A stretch of DNA of 64,000 bases from Octopus sinensis (Eukaryota). This document shows, one piece after another, positions 1 to 11,525 of the stretch (positions are counted from its first letter, which is position 1; each line of letters begins with the position of its first letter). The stretch spans positions 88,970,001 to 89,034,000 of the forward strand of contig NC_043006.1 of assembly GCF_006345805.1 (NCBI RefSeq). Reading direction: 5' to 3'. Below the pieces are notes generated by a model that was not told the origin of the DNA, did no database searches, and saw only the letters and a list, made by a program, of their open reading frames with translations. A program made the position numbers and the translations under genes.

Positions 1-21
1 ATCTGAGCACAGTGAATCATA

Positions 22-235
22 TTTTCTCCTGGAAACATAAAGCCTCAAATTTTGGGGAAAGGATTAAGTCGATTACATCGACCCCAGTGCGTAACTGGTA
101 CTTATTTAATCGAACCACGAAAGGATGAGAGGTAAAGTCGACCTCGGCAGAATTTGAACTCAGAATGTAGCGGCAGACGAAATACCTCTAAGCATTTCGC
201 CCGGCGTGCAAACAATTCTGCCAGCTCCCCGCCTT
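22..235 (-). mobile_element. tRNA-derived SINE, family A
   Basis: Minus strand reads AAGGCGGGGAGCTGGCAGAATTG (A-box-like) ... GAGTTCAAATTC (B-box-like) ... TCGATTAAATAAGTACCAG; more than 10 similar copies in the window. Confidence 0.85.
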
Positions 236-269
236 AGTATATTGAATGATATAGACAGAAGTACACCAT

Positions 270-591
270 AGGCGCAGGCGTAACTCTGTGGTAAGATGCT
301 TGCTTCCCGACCACATGGTCCCGGGTTCAGTCTTACTACGTGGCACCTTGGGCAAATGTCTTTTACTATAACCTCGGGCCGACCAAATCCTCCTCACTGC
401 CTCTTAGCAATTGGTGTTGGTGTGTTTGCAGCCTTGTAACTTTCCGGTTCGACAAAAGCGACTGATAAAATAAGTGCAAAGCTTCCAAAAAGATAAGTTT
501 GGGGTCGATTTGTTCGACTAAAAAACCCTTGAAGGCAGTGCCTCAGCATGACCACAGTCAGATGACTGAGACAAGTAAAAGAAGATAAAAG
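270..591 (+). mobile_element. tRNA-derived SINE, family B (internal deletion)
   Basis: Head AGGCGCAGG..TGTGGTAAG..GGGTTCAGTC, then CACCTTGGGCAA, tail GACTGAGACAAGTAAAAGA; matches the copies at 24193 and 53551. Confidence 0.85.
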
Positions 592-892
592 ACATTCCTG
601 AAAAATATCGACGGGGTAGCCATGATTAAATTCCTTTTACTTCTAGATCTGCTCGATCAAGGCTAAGTTAGAAGCCAAACAACAAATTCCATTTGAATGT
701 GTACTCCTACGGTGACTTGTATCTCTTTAGATATTTTCCATTACTTCGCTACTTCGCTTATTGTCATGTTTAGTTTATGCCGAGTAAGAAACCACAAGTG
801 ATTTAAGTCCTTCATCAAGTGCTTTCATCCCCCGGTTCTTTCTTCTCCTATTTATTACAAGCATTATTATCAACATTATTATTAATATTGAT

Positions 893-1075
893 TTCAAATT
901 TTGCCACAAGGCCAGTAATTCGGACCCAGTGCTCAGCTGGTGCTTATTTCATCGACCTCGAAAGAATGAAAGCAAAGTGGGCCGCTGCGGAATTTGAACC
1001 CTGAACGTAACGACGGACGAAATGCCGCTAAGCATTTTGCCCAGCGTGCTAAAGATTCTGCCTGCTCGACGCCTT
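893..1075 (-). mobile_element. SINE family A copy
   Basis: Aligns by eye to 22-235. Confidence 0.8.
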
Positions 1076-1186
1076 CATTTATTGTTAATACTGGTATTGT
1101 AGTCTTCTGTTTCCTTTTACGTGTTTCAGCCATTGGACTGGAATTTCGTCAATAGCATTCATCCTAGTAATTAAACTAGTACTCCG

Positions 1187-1208
1187 CCTCTCTCTCTCTA
1201 CCCTTCTC

Positions 1209-1250
<42 letters not shown>

Positions 1251-1343
1251 CTCTCTCTCTCTCACTTTTCCTTCCCCTCTATCCTCTCTCTCTCTCTCAC
1301 TTTTCCTTTCCCCTCTATCCCCTCTCTCTCTCTATATATATAT

Positions 1344-1399
<56 letters not shown>

Positions 1400-1400
1400 C
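1187..1400. repeat. (CT)n and (TA)n microsatellites
   Basis: Directly visible. Confidence 0.95.
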
Positions 1401-1641
1401 ATATTATATTATATTATTATTCAATTTTTGCAATTCTTAATCTTTGACAGCTTATTGTTATTTTAATGTTAATATTTCTAGGATATGTAATTTCTAGATG
1501 GTGTAATTTAATTGTTCATTTTGAATTGATAAAAGGTGTTTTTTTTCTATTTGTATATATTGTGTGAAATTTGATTTAGTATTTCTAAATTGAATTTTTT
1601 TCTTTGTAAGTTTTGGATTTTATCCCTGAAATATTAATAAT

Positions 1642-1715
<74 letters not shown>

Positions 1716-1718
1716 TTG

Positions 1719-1752
<34 letters not shown>

Positions 1753-1839
1753 GTATATATATGTGAGTGTGTGGTGTATATATATGTGTGTGTGTGTGTT
1801 GTATATATATATATATAGTGTATATATATATATATATAT

Positions 1840-1875
<36 letters not shown>

Positions 1876-1985
1876 TTGTTATCGCCATATTAATATGGCA
1901 TTCTTATAGATATAAGAATAATCGCTGCCGCTGGTCAGCTCCATGAGGCCACCGCCATCAAGATAGCTATTGATACACGATCTGT

Positions 1986-2205
1986 ATCCATTATAACCTT
2001 CGAACAAGGGAGGTCAGCCGCTTCACACTGCCAGTCCGACAGCTACAGACGCGTTTCGGGAAACCTTCGAACAGAGACGTCAGTGGCGACACCTGCGGGT
2101 CTGACTGCACTACATTGACAAGGGGCAATCCCCGAAACGCGTCTGTAGCTGTCGGACTGGCAGTGCGAAGCGGCTGACCTCCCTTGTTCGAAGGTTATAA
2201 TGGAT
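1986..2205. repeat. 75-bp inverted repeat (1986-2060 / 2131-2205), probable Penelope-like pseudo-LTR
   Basis: Arms are reverse complements with one substitution; the right arm runs into the N gap. Confidence 0.8.
2101..2155 (+). ncRNA. Candidate type I hammerhead ribozyme (U3:A8 core variant)
   Basis: Stem I CTACA/TGTAG extended by CTGAC/GTCGG; core TTGACAA; stem II GGGG-CAAT-CCCC; GAAA; palindromic stem III ACGCGT; GTC triplet at 2141-2143. Confidence 0.7.
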
Positions 2206-2305
2206 NNNNNNNNNNNNNNNNNNNNNNNNNNNNNNNNNNNNNNNNNNNNNNNNNNNNNNNNNNNNNNNNNNNNNNNNNNNNNNNNNNNNNNNNNNNNNNN
2301 NNNNN
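2206..2305. other. Assembly gap (100 N)
   Basis: Run of N. Confidence 1.
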
Positions 2306-2325
2306 AAGCAGTCTTCAGAATCCTT

Positions 2326-3380
2326 TTGTCATATCTATTAAATGAATCCACCTTAAGCATCAATGGCTACTTTAATACGGGGTCGGAAACGTTGAAATAC
2401 CTGAATCATATGATCTTCATCAATTTTGCACCTAGTGCTGCTTATGACGGACTTGAGAGATTGTATAATGCTATAGGGTGTTGATTGATCTCTTTCTCGA
2501 CTACGTCCCATATCTATTAGTCCAGTGGATTGAGGTTTGGTGAACTAGGAGGCCATGTGTCTGGGAGAACATGATCCACATTTATGTTCATTTAGCTTTA
2601 TGAGACTAGGCCGAGTCTTGTTGGAAGACGTTTGGTCTTCCGTTGCGTACTCTGTCTATCCAGAATCTCACAACTTTTTTCAACACTATGTAGACAGCGG
2701 TATTGACTCTTTAAGCCCTGTGAAAAATAGTAAGAAGGAATGATATCTCCCTCGTTGCTGACGACTCCCAGAACCACCACAGTTGCTGAGAACTTAGTAT
2801 GCATAAACCGTTAGAACCTCATTCGGTTTCTGCGAAACCATGTGTTATTCCTTCGATTTACATTTTAGTCCTGACCAAAGTTTTACTCATTGAGTAAAAA
2901 CCAAAGCATTATAGTCTCTTAGTGTTTTAACTTGTTTAGCAATTGCTTTGTACGAACTGAACGATTCTTTCTTATGACATCCGACATAAACTGGTCCCTA
3001 TGCGTCGCTTACGACTTGACCAGATACCCTCACGCACAACTCTTCTGATAGTGCATTATAAAACATTGATATGTTTTGCAATGGCTCTGATCGACTTTCC
3101 GAGATTTTATCGATTATATCTTGGGTATTTTTTACCAACTTATGTGTTCTGGTGGTATTAGGATCCTGTGCATACTTTGGTAATGAAAGTTGGGAAATTT
3201 TCAGGAAGTGCGCTATCTCTGTATCACTCTGCTGTGCTTTGAATGCAACGATTACAAATGTGCCATTTCATTTACTGAGTCAAACTGATGTCTGACATTA
3301 TTTATTCGGAAAGCAAGGGGAAAATATATCAGAAATAAGAGTTCTTGAATGAGGTGTCTTCAAAGAACTGATGCACTCTA
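2326..3380 (-). mobile_element. Degenerate Tc1/mariner-superfamily transposon
   Basis: Minus-strand fragments TKFSATVVVLGVVSNEG and WPPSSPNLNPLD (WPxxSPDLNP motif); possible TIR remnant near 3378; stops and frameshifts. Confidence 0.7.
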
Positions 3381-3456
3381 TGTATGTGTATATATGTTAC
3401 GCATGTATGTACAATATATATATATATATATATGTATATTATATGTATATATATAT

Positions 3457-3516
<60 letters not shown>

Positions 3517-3599
3517 CATATATGGTTACAGGGACGTCACTAACAATAAACAACATGAAATACGAAAAGCAAATTAGTTAAATACGTAAATACGAGAGT

Positions 3600-3715
3600 A
3601 AGAAAAGGACATATATGCATACCACACATATACATATATATATATACATATACATATATATATACATATACATATATATATACATATACATATAATATAT
3701 ATAATATATATATAG

Positions 3716-3811
<96 letters not shown>

Positions 3812-3884
3812 ATATATATATATTAATATATATAATAATATATATTATATATATATATATATATTATATATATATATATATATA
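3600..3884. repeat. (TA)n/(TACA)n microsatellite
   Basis: Directly visible. Confidence 0.95.
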
Positions 3885-3899
3885 CTCGACCGAATCTGA

Positions 3900-3952
3900 A
3901 TATCTGATGAGGTTGAACGTATCCTATGCGTCCAAGAAACTTTATGTCGTAT
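3900..3952 (+). ncRNA. Hammerhead-like motif
   Basis: CTGATGA (3904), hairpin TTGAACGTAT/ATGCGTCCAA, GAAAC-TTTAT-GTC, 4-bp stem I ATAT/GTAT; AATAAA follows. Confidence 0.5.
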
Positions 3953-4478
3953 GGAACTGAGTCAAATTGTTAATAAACATATACATATATAAGAATATAC
4001 ATACATACAAACATACACACAAATACTGACATTCATCAATTTAAAAATACATGAATACAGATCTTAGCATTCGTGTGACGAATTAATACTTTTCATTACC
4101 TCTGCCAAGGAAGGAGGTTATGTTTTTATTGGCGTTGGTTTGTCCGTCTGTCCGTCTGTGTGCAAAATAACTCAAAACGTTTGTAAACGATATTTAATGA
4201 AACTTGCAGAAAAAGTTGGTAATGACACAGGGAATAAATGATGAAATTTTGGTAATGATCCAAGAATTTCTATGGATTCTTTAAGGATTTTTCATTTGTT
4301 ATATTTACTTTACATGAAGTATTATGTTACGTTCTTTGATTATCTCCCTTGAAAACACGTTCATCGTTTGCACGTAACCTATGGTGGCGTTGCTGCTTCC
4401 AAAGTTTATTTTCGTTTATCTATTAGCAATTTTACTCGCGTATCTAGCTTAAAATGAGCTGCTTGGCAGAGGTCTGCG

Positions 4479-4941
4479 GAGGCTGACATGACAAGACTTG
4501 ACTATTGGGATCGGCTCAGGTTTTGCTCCCTCCACCTATGAGTTCTATATCATCTGTATGATGTGGAAAATATTCCATCAACATTGCCCATCTTTAAAAT
4601 TCGTCCGAGGCTTGGTCCCCGTGACATCCGTCCACTACAGAAATGTTTGTGTCGTATCAGAACTATTTCACCTCAATTGGCCCTGCTCTCTTTAACATCG
4701 TGCCAGACACACATAAAGGAGGAATGTGACTTCACAGCATTGAAACGATTCCTAGATGATTACCCACAACAAGTACCAGAAAAACTACCCACATCCAGAT
4801 ATGTCTCTGGAAACAATAACCCTCTGATTGAATGGGCTACGGTTTCCCAGAGCTGACAGTGTATCTCTTCCAGGTGGTGCTATTAAATTAGACATGGCCT
4901 GAGTCAGCTTCGGCCGAAACTTATCTAAGTAATCTAATCTA
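4479..4941 (+). mobile_element. 3' fragment of a CR1-group LINE related to 58728-61700
   Basis: LDYWDR and FKIRPRLG, HIKEECDFTALKRFLD peptides; 3' UTR CAGGTGGTGCTATTAAATTAGACATGGCCTG..GAAAC.TATCTAAGT shared with ~61620-61700. Confidence 0.8.
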
Positions 4942-5164
4942 TGCTGTAACCTTTTAATCAAAGCATGACAATGTGAGTAGAGGCTGATATCTCAACATTT
5001 CTAATGGTGTTAAGTATAAAAAAAAATTATTAAAGATTTATATGTTCTGTTTTGTAGATGCATTTTTTTTTTTTAATAAAGCACTCCGAAATTAGAAACT
5101 CAAAAGTCTGCAACAATCTCGGTCCCATGAGTATCGGATAATGGATTTTCAACAGTGTAAAGAC

Positions 5165-5470
5165 TGATTGTGGTGATCGTAGTTTTGACGGTGATTGTGG
5201 TAAAAGCAGAGACAGTGTTGATGATGATGATGATGATGATGATGGTAATAGTGGTGTTGATGATGGTGTTGGGTGATGGTGGTATTGTAGCGATTATACT
5301 TGTTGTGGTGGTGAAGGTGACTGTCAAGGTAACCGTCATGATAACGTTGATGGTGGTGTGTGTGGTTGAAGTGGAAGCAATGACGATGCTGCTGATGATG
5401 TTGGTAGTTGTGGTGGTGGTTGTGGTGGTCGTGGTGGTCGTGGTGGTCGTGGTGGTCGTCGTCGTCGTCC
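5165..5470. repeat. (GTG/GAT/GTC)n low-complexity tract
   Basis: Degenerate trinucleotide repeats. Confidence 0.9.
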
Positions 5471-6354
5471 TAGTGCTGCTCCTGCTGGTTTGGCCGAGGT
5501 CTGCGCTCTCCAAGTGCTTTTCTAGTTAATCATGTTATTAGTTTATATATAAAGACACACTTCATAAATGCTTCAAGCAAACGCAGAGAAGGGGAATGCG
5601 AGAATAAGAGAATGAGGAAATAAGAGGATGTGATGGCTAAAAGTGCAGCGTCGCCTTATGTTTTGCAGCGTATTTACATTCCTCCTCTCCTTCCATCTCT
5701 GTATCATTTTCACTCTCATAACTTTCTACTTCTTGCTTTTTGCCTTGCTCGTTTACTTAAAACCCAAATCTGACTCGACCTGTAACTTCTTAAAACTCTC
5801 CTTCTTTCTCCTTGCCTCTCTTGCGCGCTTTCTTTCTTTCTCTTTCTTCTTTTCTTTCTTTCTCTCTATCTATCTCTCTCTCTCTCTATTATATATACAT
5901 TATATATAGGCGCAGGCGTGGATGTGTGGTAAGAAGCTTGCTATTTTCTTTTTACTATGTTTGGTTTACTTCTCCGAGTGTGACAGAAAAAGTAGATAGA
6001 TAGGAACGTACTATTGTATTATAGATCGGCTAGACTTTCGTCATTAAAGACAACCCCTCAACTCCTACTTTAAAAAGAGACAGACAGACAGACAGACAGA
6101 CAGAGATAGAGAAAAAGCAACATGGAGAAAGAGAGGGGAATAAACTTAATAAAAGACTGTGTCACCGAAACAACAACTTCAGTCGCACACAATATACGAT
6201 AACTAAATTAACGAACAATGTTGCTTTTCTCAATATGTTCTGCCACCGAAGGAAAAGAGAGAGACCGTCTATGTATGTATGTATGTATGTATGTATGTAC
6301 GACGGGTTTTCTTGCGTTTTCCATTCACCACATTACACAAATCTCCTAATAATC

Positions 6355-6718
6355 ATTTCTACTAAAGGTACAAGGCCTAAAATTTGATGGGAGGGGACTA
6401 GTCGATTTCAATTTATCGACCCTGAAAGATGAACGGCAAAGTCGACCTTGGAGGCATTTGAACTCAGAACCTGAAGGCGGACGAAATACCTATTTCTCTA
6501 CTACCGACAAGGGGCAAAAACACAGAGGGGACAAACAAGGACAGACAGACGGATAAAGTCGATTACATCGACTCCAGTGCGTAACTGGTACTTAATTTAT
6601 CGATCCCGAAAGGATAAAAGGCAAAGTCGACCTCGGCGGAATTTGAACTCAGAACGTAGCTGCAGACGAAATACCGCTAAGTATTTCGCCCGGCGTGCCA
6701 ACGATTCTGCCAGCTCGA
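6355..6718 (-). mobile_element. Two adjacent SINE family A copies with different tails
   Basis: AAAGTCGACC...TTTGAACTCAGAAC occurs twice (~6438 and ~6623). Confidence 0.8.
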
Positions 6719-6765
6719 CATTAATAGTAAGTAGGGAGGGGGTGCTAAGCAGTGAAGTGTATAAA

Positions 6766-7206
6766 CGTAATGTTATTACCAGTTTAAATTTGCTTGTGGC
6801 ACGTTTGGACTCGTAAACAAACCATTCACTGTGTATTTTGCCATAGAGAAAATTCCTCGCTGTAGGCAAATGGTGCTAATACCCCTATATTAGTTTGCAG
6901 CTCCACCTGTCAAGACAGTGGGATGCAAGCATTTCGGAGTAGTTATCTTCTCTTCGGTCACAGACACTAGGCAGGGAGACGCTGCGAATTGATAAAAGAG
7001 ATCTTTTCTCTTATGCTATTTCAGTCACTGTCTGGTGACTGATTAGCAAAATGGTTGATTCTCAGTCTAGATAGGTGGCGCTGCGAACTGATATAACTGT
7101 ATTAACACCATTTGTCTACGGCGATGAATTTCCTCCATGACGAAACACAGTGAATGACTTATTTACGAGTCTAAACTTGCTAAAGCGTATTTGAACAGCA
7201 ATACGC
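6766..7206. mobile_element. MITE/foldback element with ~150-bp diverged TIRs
   Basis: GACTCGTAAA..CATTCACTGTGT..CAAATGGTG.TAATAC on the left is mirrored by GTATTAACACCATTTG..ACACAGTGAATG..TTTACGAGTC on the right. Confidence 0.75.
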
Positions 7207-7649
7207 TAATAATATACTAATCAACTTTTAATGTAGAAAATTTCCCAAGAGTCCGGCAGTGTAATCGAACTTACTGTCTTATTGCTAAGTGAACGTCTTT
7301 ACCACACAAATATATGGCTTGTCCTTGGTTGAAATCCCCGCTAATGACGTCATTAAACTCTTCAATGTCACATGTCCTCATTGCATCTTAAACAACAGAA
7401 TACTTTACAAGATGACTTGACCTGTTGGAAATAGCAGCCAAATTTATCTGAAACGAAACTCCATCGCCTTAAAAAAGGATATGATGCATTAGATAACCTA
7501 GTCTTACATACTTCTAAGCACGGTTGGAAAGTTTCTCAGTCGGGCATGGCCTAGGATTAAACTACAACAACAATAACAACTACTGGAACGATAGTTACGT
7601 GATATTATCATCAATGATGTTACTTCTTCTGATGAGAAATACGTGGATA

Positions 7650-8160
7650 ATATTACCCAACATCCCCGCCACCATCGCTACCACTACCATTTCCTTCATT
7701 TCTACCTTCGCCTCTCCCCATCATCGCCATCAACACCACCACTACTACCTCTAACTTTCACCGCTACTGTCACCACAACCACTACTATCACTACTACCAC
7801 CATCATTGTTCTACTATTATCACCACTGACACTAACCCCGCTACGAACCAACAACACAGCCATATTTCCTTCAAAACAACGTTATTCGCCTTAAAAGATC
7901 ACTAACATCATTAGCGTCATAACAATTTGTCAGCACCATTGTCTTCATAATCATCATCACCATCATCATCGTCGTCGTCGTCATCGTCATGGTCGTCAGC
8001 AAACAACGAAAACATCTCCCGTAGTTGTCGATGCTGTAGCCATCATCACGTCATCATCGTCGCCGTCAACTGCAACGACATCATTATCGCGGTCGACGAC
8101 GTCGTCGTCGTCGTCGTCATCACCATCATCATCGTCATCATCATCAGCAGCAGCAATAAT
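7650..8160. repeat. (CAC/CAT/CGT)n low-complexity tracts
   Basis: Directly visible. Confidence 0.85.
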
Positions 8161-8394
8161 AAAGAGCATTTATTGGGGAGGTATGGGACATAGAACATAA
8201 AATATCCATGCTACATTACTCCAAACAACTCCATGTGAATCCACTGGGAATATTGTAATTTTAGCAGTTGACCTCTAGGTCAAATTTCAAGTTAGTCATT
8301 TTGTTACATAGTGTAGAGAGAGAACGAGGGAAGAGCCATCATTTCATACATTATAACAGCCATCAACATTGAGCCAAACAGGTAGACTATGTGA

Positions 8395-8680
8395 ATCCTA
8401 GAAATAGCAGCCAAATCACTCTCAAAATCACACCATTTCGTCTTAGAAAAGGAAACCTTGAGCGATGTGGAACTGGGTTTCCTGTACATAGGGATGGTCA
8501 TAGCTGGGATGCCATTGATAAGTCTGCACAATTAGGGTTGATCTGGGGGTTAAATAGCAGTAAGAACAACAGCAGTAAGGAGGGAGCATCATTGAGGGAG
8601 CATCTATGTGACCATTCAACTTGCTAGAACCAGCAGCCGTCTGCCCCTCAAACCACATCGCATTGTACATTTTAACGCCT
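8395..8680 (+). repeat. Unclassified dispersed repeat (family E), two partial copies
   Basis: CTAGAAATAGCAGCCAAAT...GGGATGGTCA..GCT..GATC...GGGG.TAAA; similar at ~600-690, 7415-7545, 11300-11360(-), 41650-41920 and 44500-44650. Confidence 0.6.
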
Positions 8681-8786
8681 TGGAAGGCGCCATAGCGGGA
8701 CCCATTAATAAGCAAAAACGACGAGGAATGTTATTTCTTTTGGTGTTTTGTCATTTTGTCAGAGAATGGCAGAGCCTATTCTTGTA

Positions 8787-9003
8787 TTCTTTTACTTGTT
8801 TCAGTCATTAAACTGCGGCCATACTGGAGTACCGGCTTAAAAGGTTTTCAGTGGAAGAAATCAACCCCAGGACTTATTCTTTGTAAGCCTCGTATTTATT
8901 CTATCGGACTGTTTTGTCGAACCGCTAATTTACTGGGACGTAAACACACCAACGTCGGTTGTCAAATGATGGTGGGGAGGCAAACACAGACATACACACA
9001 CAT
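8787..9003 (-). mobile_element. SINE family B, 3' half
   Basis: TTTTACTTGTTTCAGTCATT..GCGGCCAT.CTGGAG; ends in a (TA)n tract. Confidence 0.8.
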
Positions 9004-9005
9004 AA

Positions 9006-9070
<65 letters not shown>

Positions 9071-9932
9071 CAGGGTTGGTGGAAAGTAACTAGGCATTAG
9101 AAATTGCTTATCGAATTTTTAGTATCACTGAAGTCATGACGAAAACATTTTTTAAAGACAACGCTAATGGAGATGTCTTATTTTCTTATTGTCTTATTTC
9201 TTATTTTCGAGATGGCTGGTCGTTTGACTGTTCAGGAACAAGCTAAGATAGCAGCATGCTATGAAATGTGGAATTCCATTGATTTGATTCAGAGATGGTG
9301 AGGTGCATGAAAAGGTAAGCATGCAACACTACGTCCGGAGACAATAAAAGGTTGTCATGCAAAGCTGATGACCACGGGCTCTATGAACAATGCAAGGAGA
9401 AGTGGCTGTCCAACCACATCCTGATCAGGGAAGAACGTGGCAACAGTGCAGGAAATGTTTAATCGCAGCCCGCAAAAATCAGCACGTCAAGCAGCTCGTG
9501 AAAATGGACTAACAAGACACACAATACGTATGGTGTTGCATAAAGAATTGAATTTTCGTCCGTGGAAAACCCATTACTAGCAGAAGCTAAAACCTGAGGA
9601 CTGTGTCCACAGAAGTCCAGAACCCGAAGAAGTCCAGATTTCACTCCATGTGATTTTTACCTGTGGAGTTACACAAAAGAGGTGTACAAGACAAAACCTC
9701 GCATACTGGAGAATTTGGAGACACATATTCAGGAGGTTTTCAGTGATATCCCAAACGATGTCCTTCAGAAGGTTGTTCATTCTATCTCTGGCTGCTTGAG
9801 GAAACTGGTTGACGCCACCGGTGCTTACATTGAAATATGAAGATTCACTTTCATTTTGCCATGTAATATTGTAGCATTTGTTTCAAAAACTTGTAAAACG
9901 AATATGGATTTTATTACTTTTCACCCACCCTG
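9071..9932 (+). mobile_element. Internally deleted Tc1/mariner element with TIRs
   Basis: TIRs CAGGGTTGGTGGAAAGTAA / TTACTTTTCACCCACCCTG, with TA on the left; transposase remnants MAGRLTVQEQ, RSPQKSARQAARE and RSPDFTPCDFYLW. Confidence 0.85.
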
Positions 9933-10769
9933 CATATATATTCGATGGGCTTATTTCAGTTTCTCTTTATGAGAGGCACATCCAGTTAATAGTATTCTAC
10001 ACAAATTCGCTATAGATTTGTTCACTTCAGTATTATCTTCGTTAACAGCTACAACATTTTCTAATTTTTTGTTATAGACACTTAACACATACTCTATAAA
10101 TTGACATAATCAGAGGCAGTGAATGATGTTTCACTTACCATTGTCGAAAATGCCAGCAACTAACAACTTTAAAACCTTTAAAACCTCCATACTTCCTGGA
10201 ATTCGCCAATACTACACCTAATATCCCCATTCCATATACAGGCACACATGTATACGATGACTCTTACACTGTTCACTTTCCTGACTTTTGCACATAATTT
10301 TATGTACTTTACATGCATCTTTGATGAGTTGTAGTGCACCTGAGCACTATACACAATAATTTCATTATTATTATTATACCCACTCAATCTAACCATGAAT
10401 ATTTAAAGCCTAACGAAACTACTAACGAAACTACTTCTTGGTGAAAGAAAATTCGATAAAGATGGTTGTCCGTTTGCTTGTGTAGTAGAATATTCTGGAT
10501 GCTGGTTTATTATATGATTCATAAAATTTGTTCATCCAGTTCCTTTTTTCTGGAACGACATTTTTCCACACAAGCATTTCCATACATGTTCACTGTCTGC
10601 TTGGTTAAAATATTTTCTTACGATTTGCTCGTTTTCACGCGGCATGGGTTAGTTTAAAATAAAAGACATTTCGCCACTCAACTGATGAGAGTCTGATTCA
10701 GTTAATATGTTGGAGCGGAATTCCAGATACAGCCGCGTTGCAGATGAAGTTATGATTTAATGACTTGAA

Positions 10770-11075
10770 AACAGAATGTGTGAATCATTCTGGGCAGTCA
10801 GAACTAAGAATCACTTGACAGTGATTATTTGACAAAATACACAATAGCCAGTTCTGAAACACGACACAATGTGTGAATCATTCTCGGTAGTCCTAACCAA
10901 GCGTCAACACTCGACAGCAGTTAGTTGACAATATACACAATAACCAATTCCCAAGCATGACAGAATGTGTATCATTCTCAGCAGTCCGAATCAAGCATCA
11001 ACACTTGACAACATACACAATAATCAAATTCCTAAGCACGACAGAATGTGTGAATCATCCTCAGCAGTCAGAACA
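10770..11075. repeat. Tandem minisatellite, ~80-96-bp unit, ~3.4 copies
   Basis: ACAGAATGTGTGAATCATTCT.GCAGTC recurs at ~10771, 10863, 10959 and 11040. Confidence 0.85.
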
Positions 11076-11109
11076 ATGCGCCAACACAATACTCCAAATA
11101 ACACTCAAG

Positions 11110-11525
11110 TAACGCTGTTACTGTTATTGTTGTTGCTTTTGTTGTTGCTGTTGTTGTTATTGATGATGATATTATATCTAATATTCTTGTTATTGATGTT
11201 ACTGCTATTGTCTTTTTGCTGTTGCTGCTGCTGCTGCTGCAATTGTTGTTGTTGTTGATGATGATGATGACGACGATGATGATGATGATAAAATGTAGCT
11301 GTTGTTTAGCCCTAGGTTAATCCTGATCGAATAGAACTATGATCAAAGGCGTTCCACTCAAGACCAACCTGTGAATGTCCCTTCAATGACTCGATATTGT
11401 TGTTGTTCTTCTTCTTATTATTATTGTTGTTGTTGCTGTTGTTGTTATTACCACTACTACTAGTATTTCTAATACTACTACTGCTGCTACTACTAATAAT
11501 AATAGTAACAACAACAACGACAATA
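11110..11525. repeat. (TTG/GAT/CTA/AAT)n low-complexity tracts
   Basis: Directly visible. Confidence 0.85.

Larger units (their letters stand above)
4095..5527 (+). mobile_element. Helentron/HINE (DINE-1-like) non-autonomous element, interrupted at its 3' end
   Basis: Sub-terminal IR ACCTCTGCCAAG (~4098) / CTTGGCAGAGGT (~4462); GTCY microsatellite after the 5' end; 3' hairpin and CTAGTT terminus at 5490-5527. Confidence 0.6.

Noticed and set aside
5100-5529. Poly-Thr (mucin-like) or poly-Val ORFs
   Set aside because: Trinucleotide low-complexity DNA open on both strands; no splice or domain evidence.
10682-10705. CTGATGAG hammerhead core
   Set aside because: No stem II-GAAA-stem III follows.
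10770-11075. CRISPR-like repeat/spacer pattern
   Set aside because: Spacers are homologous to each other, there are no cas genes, and the context is eukaryotic.
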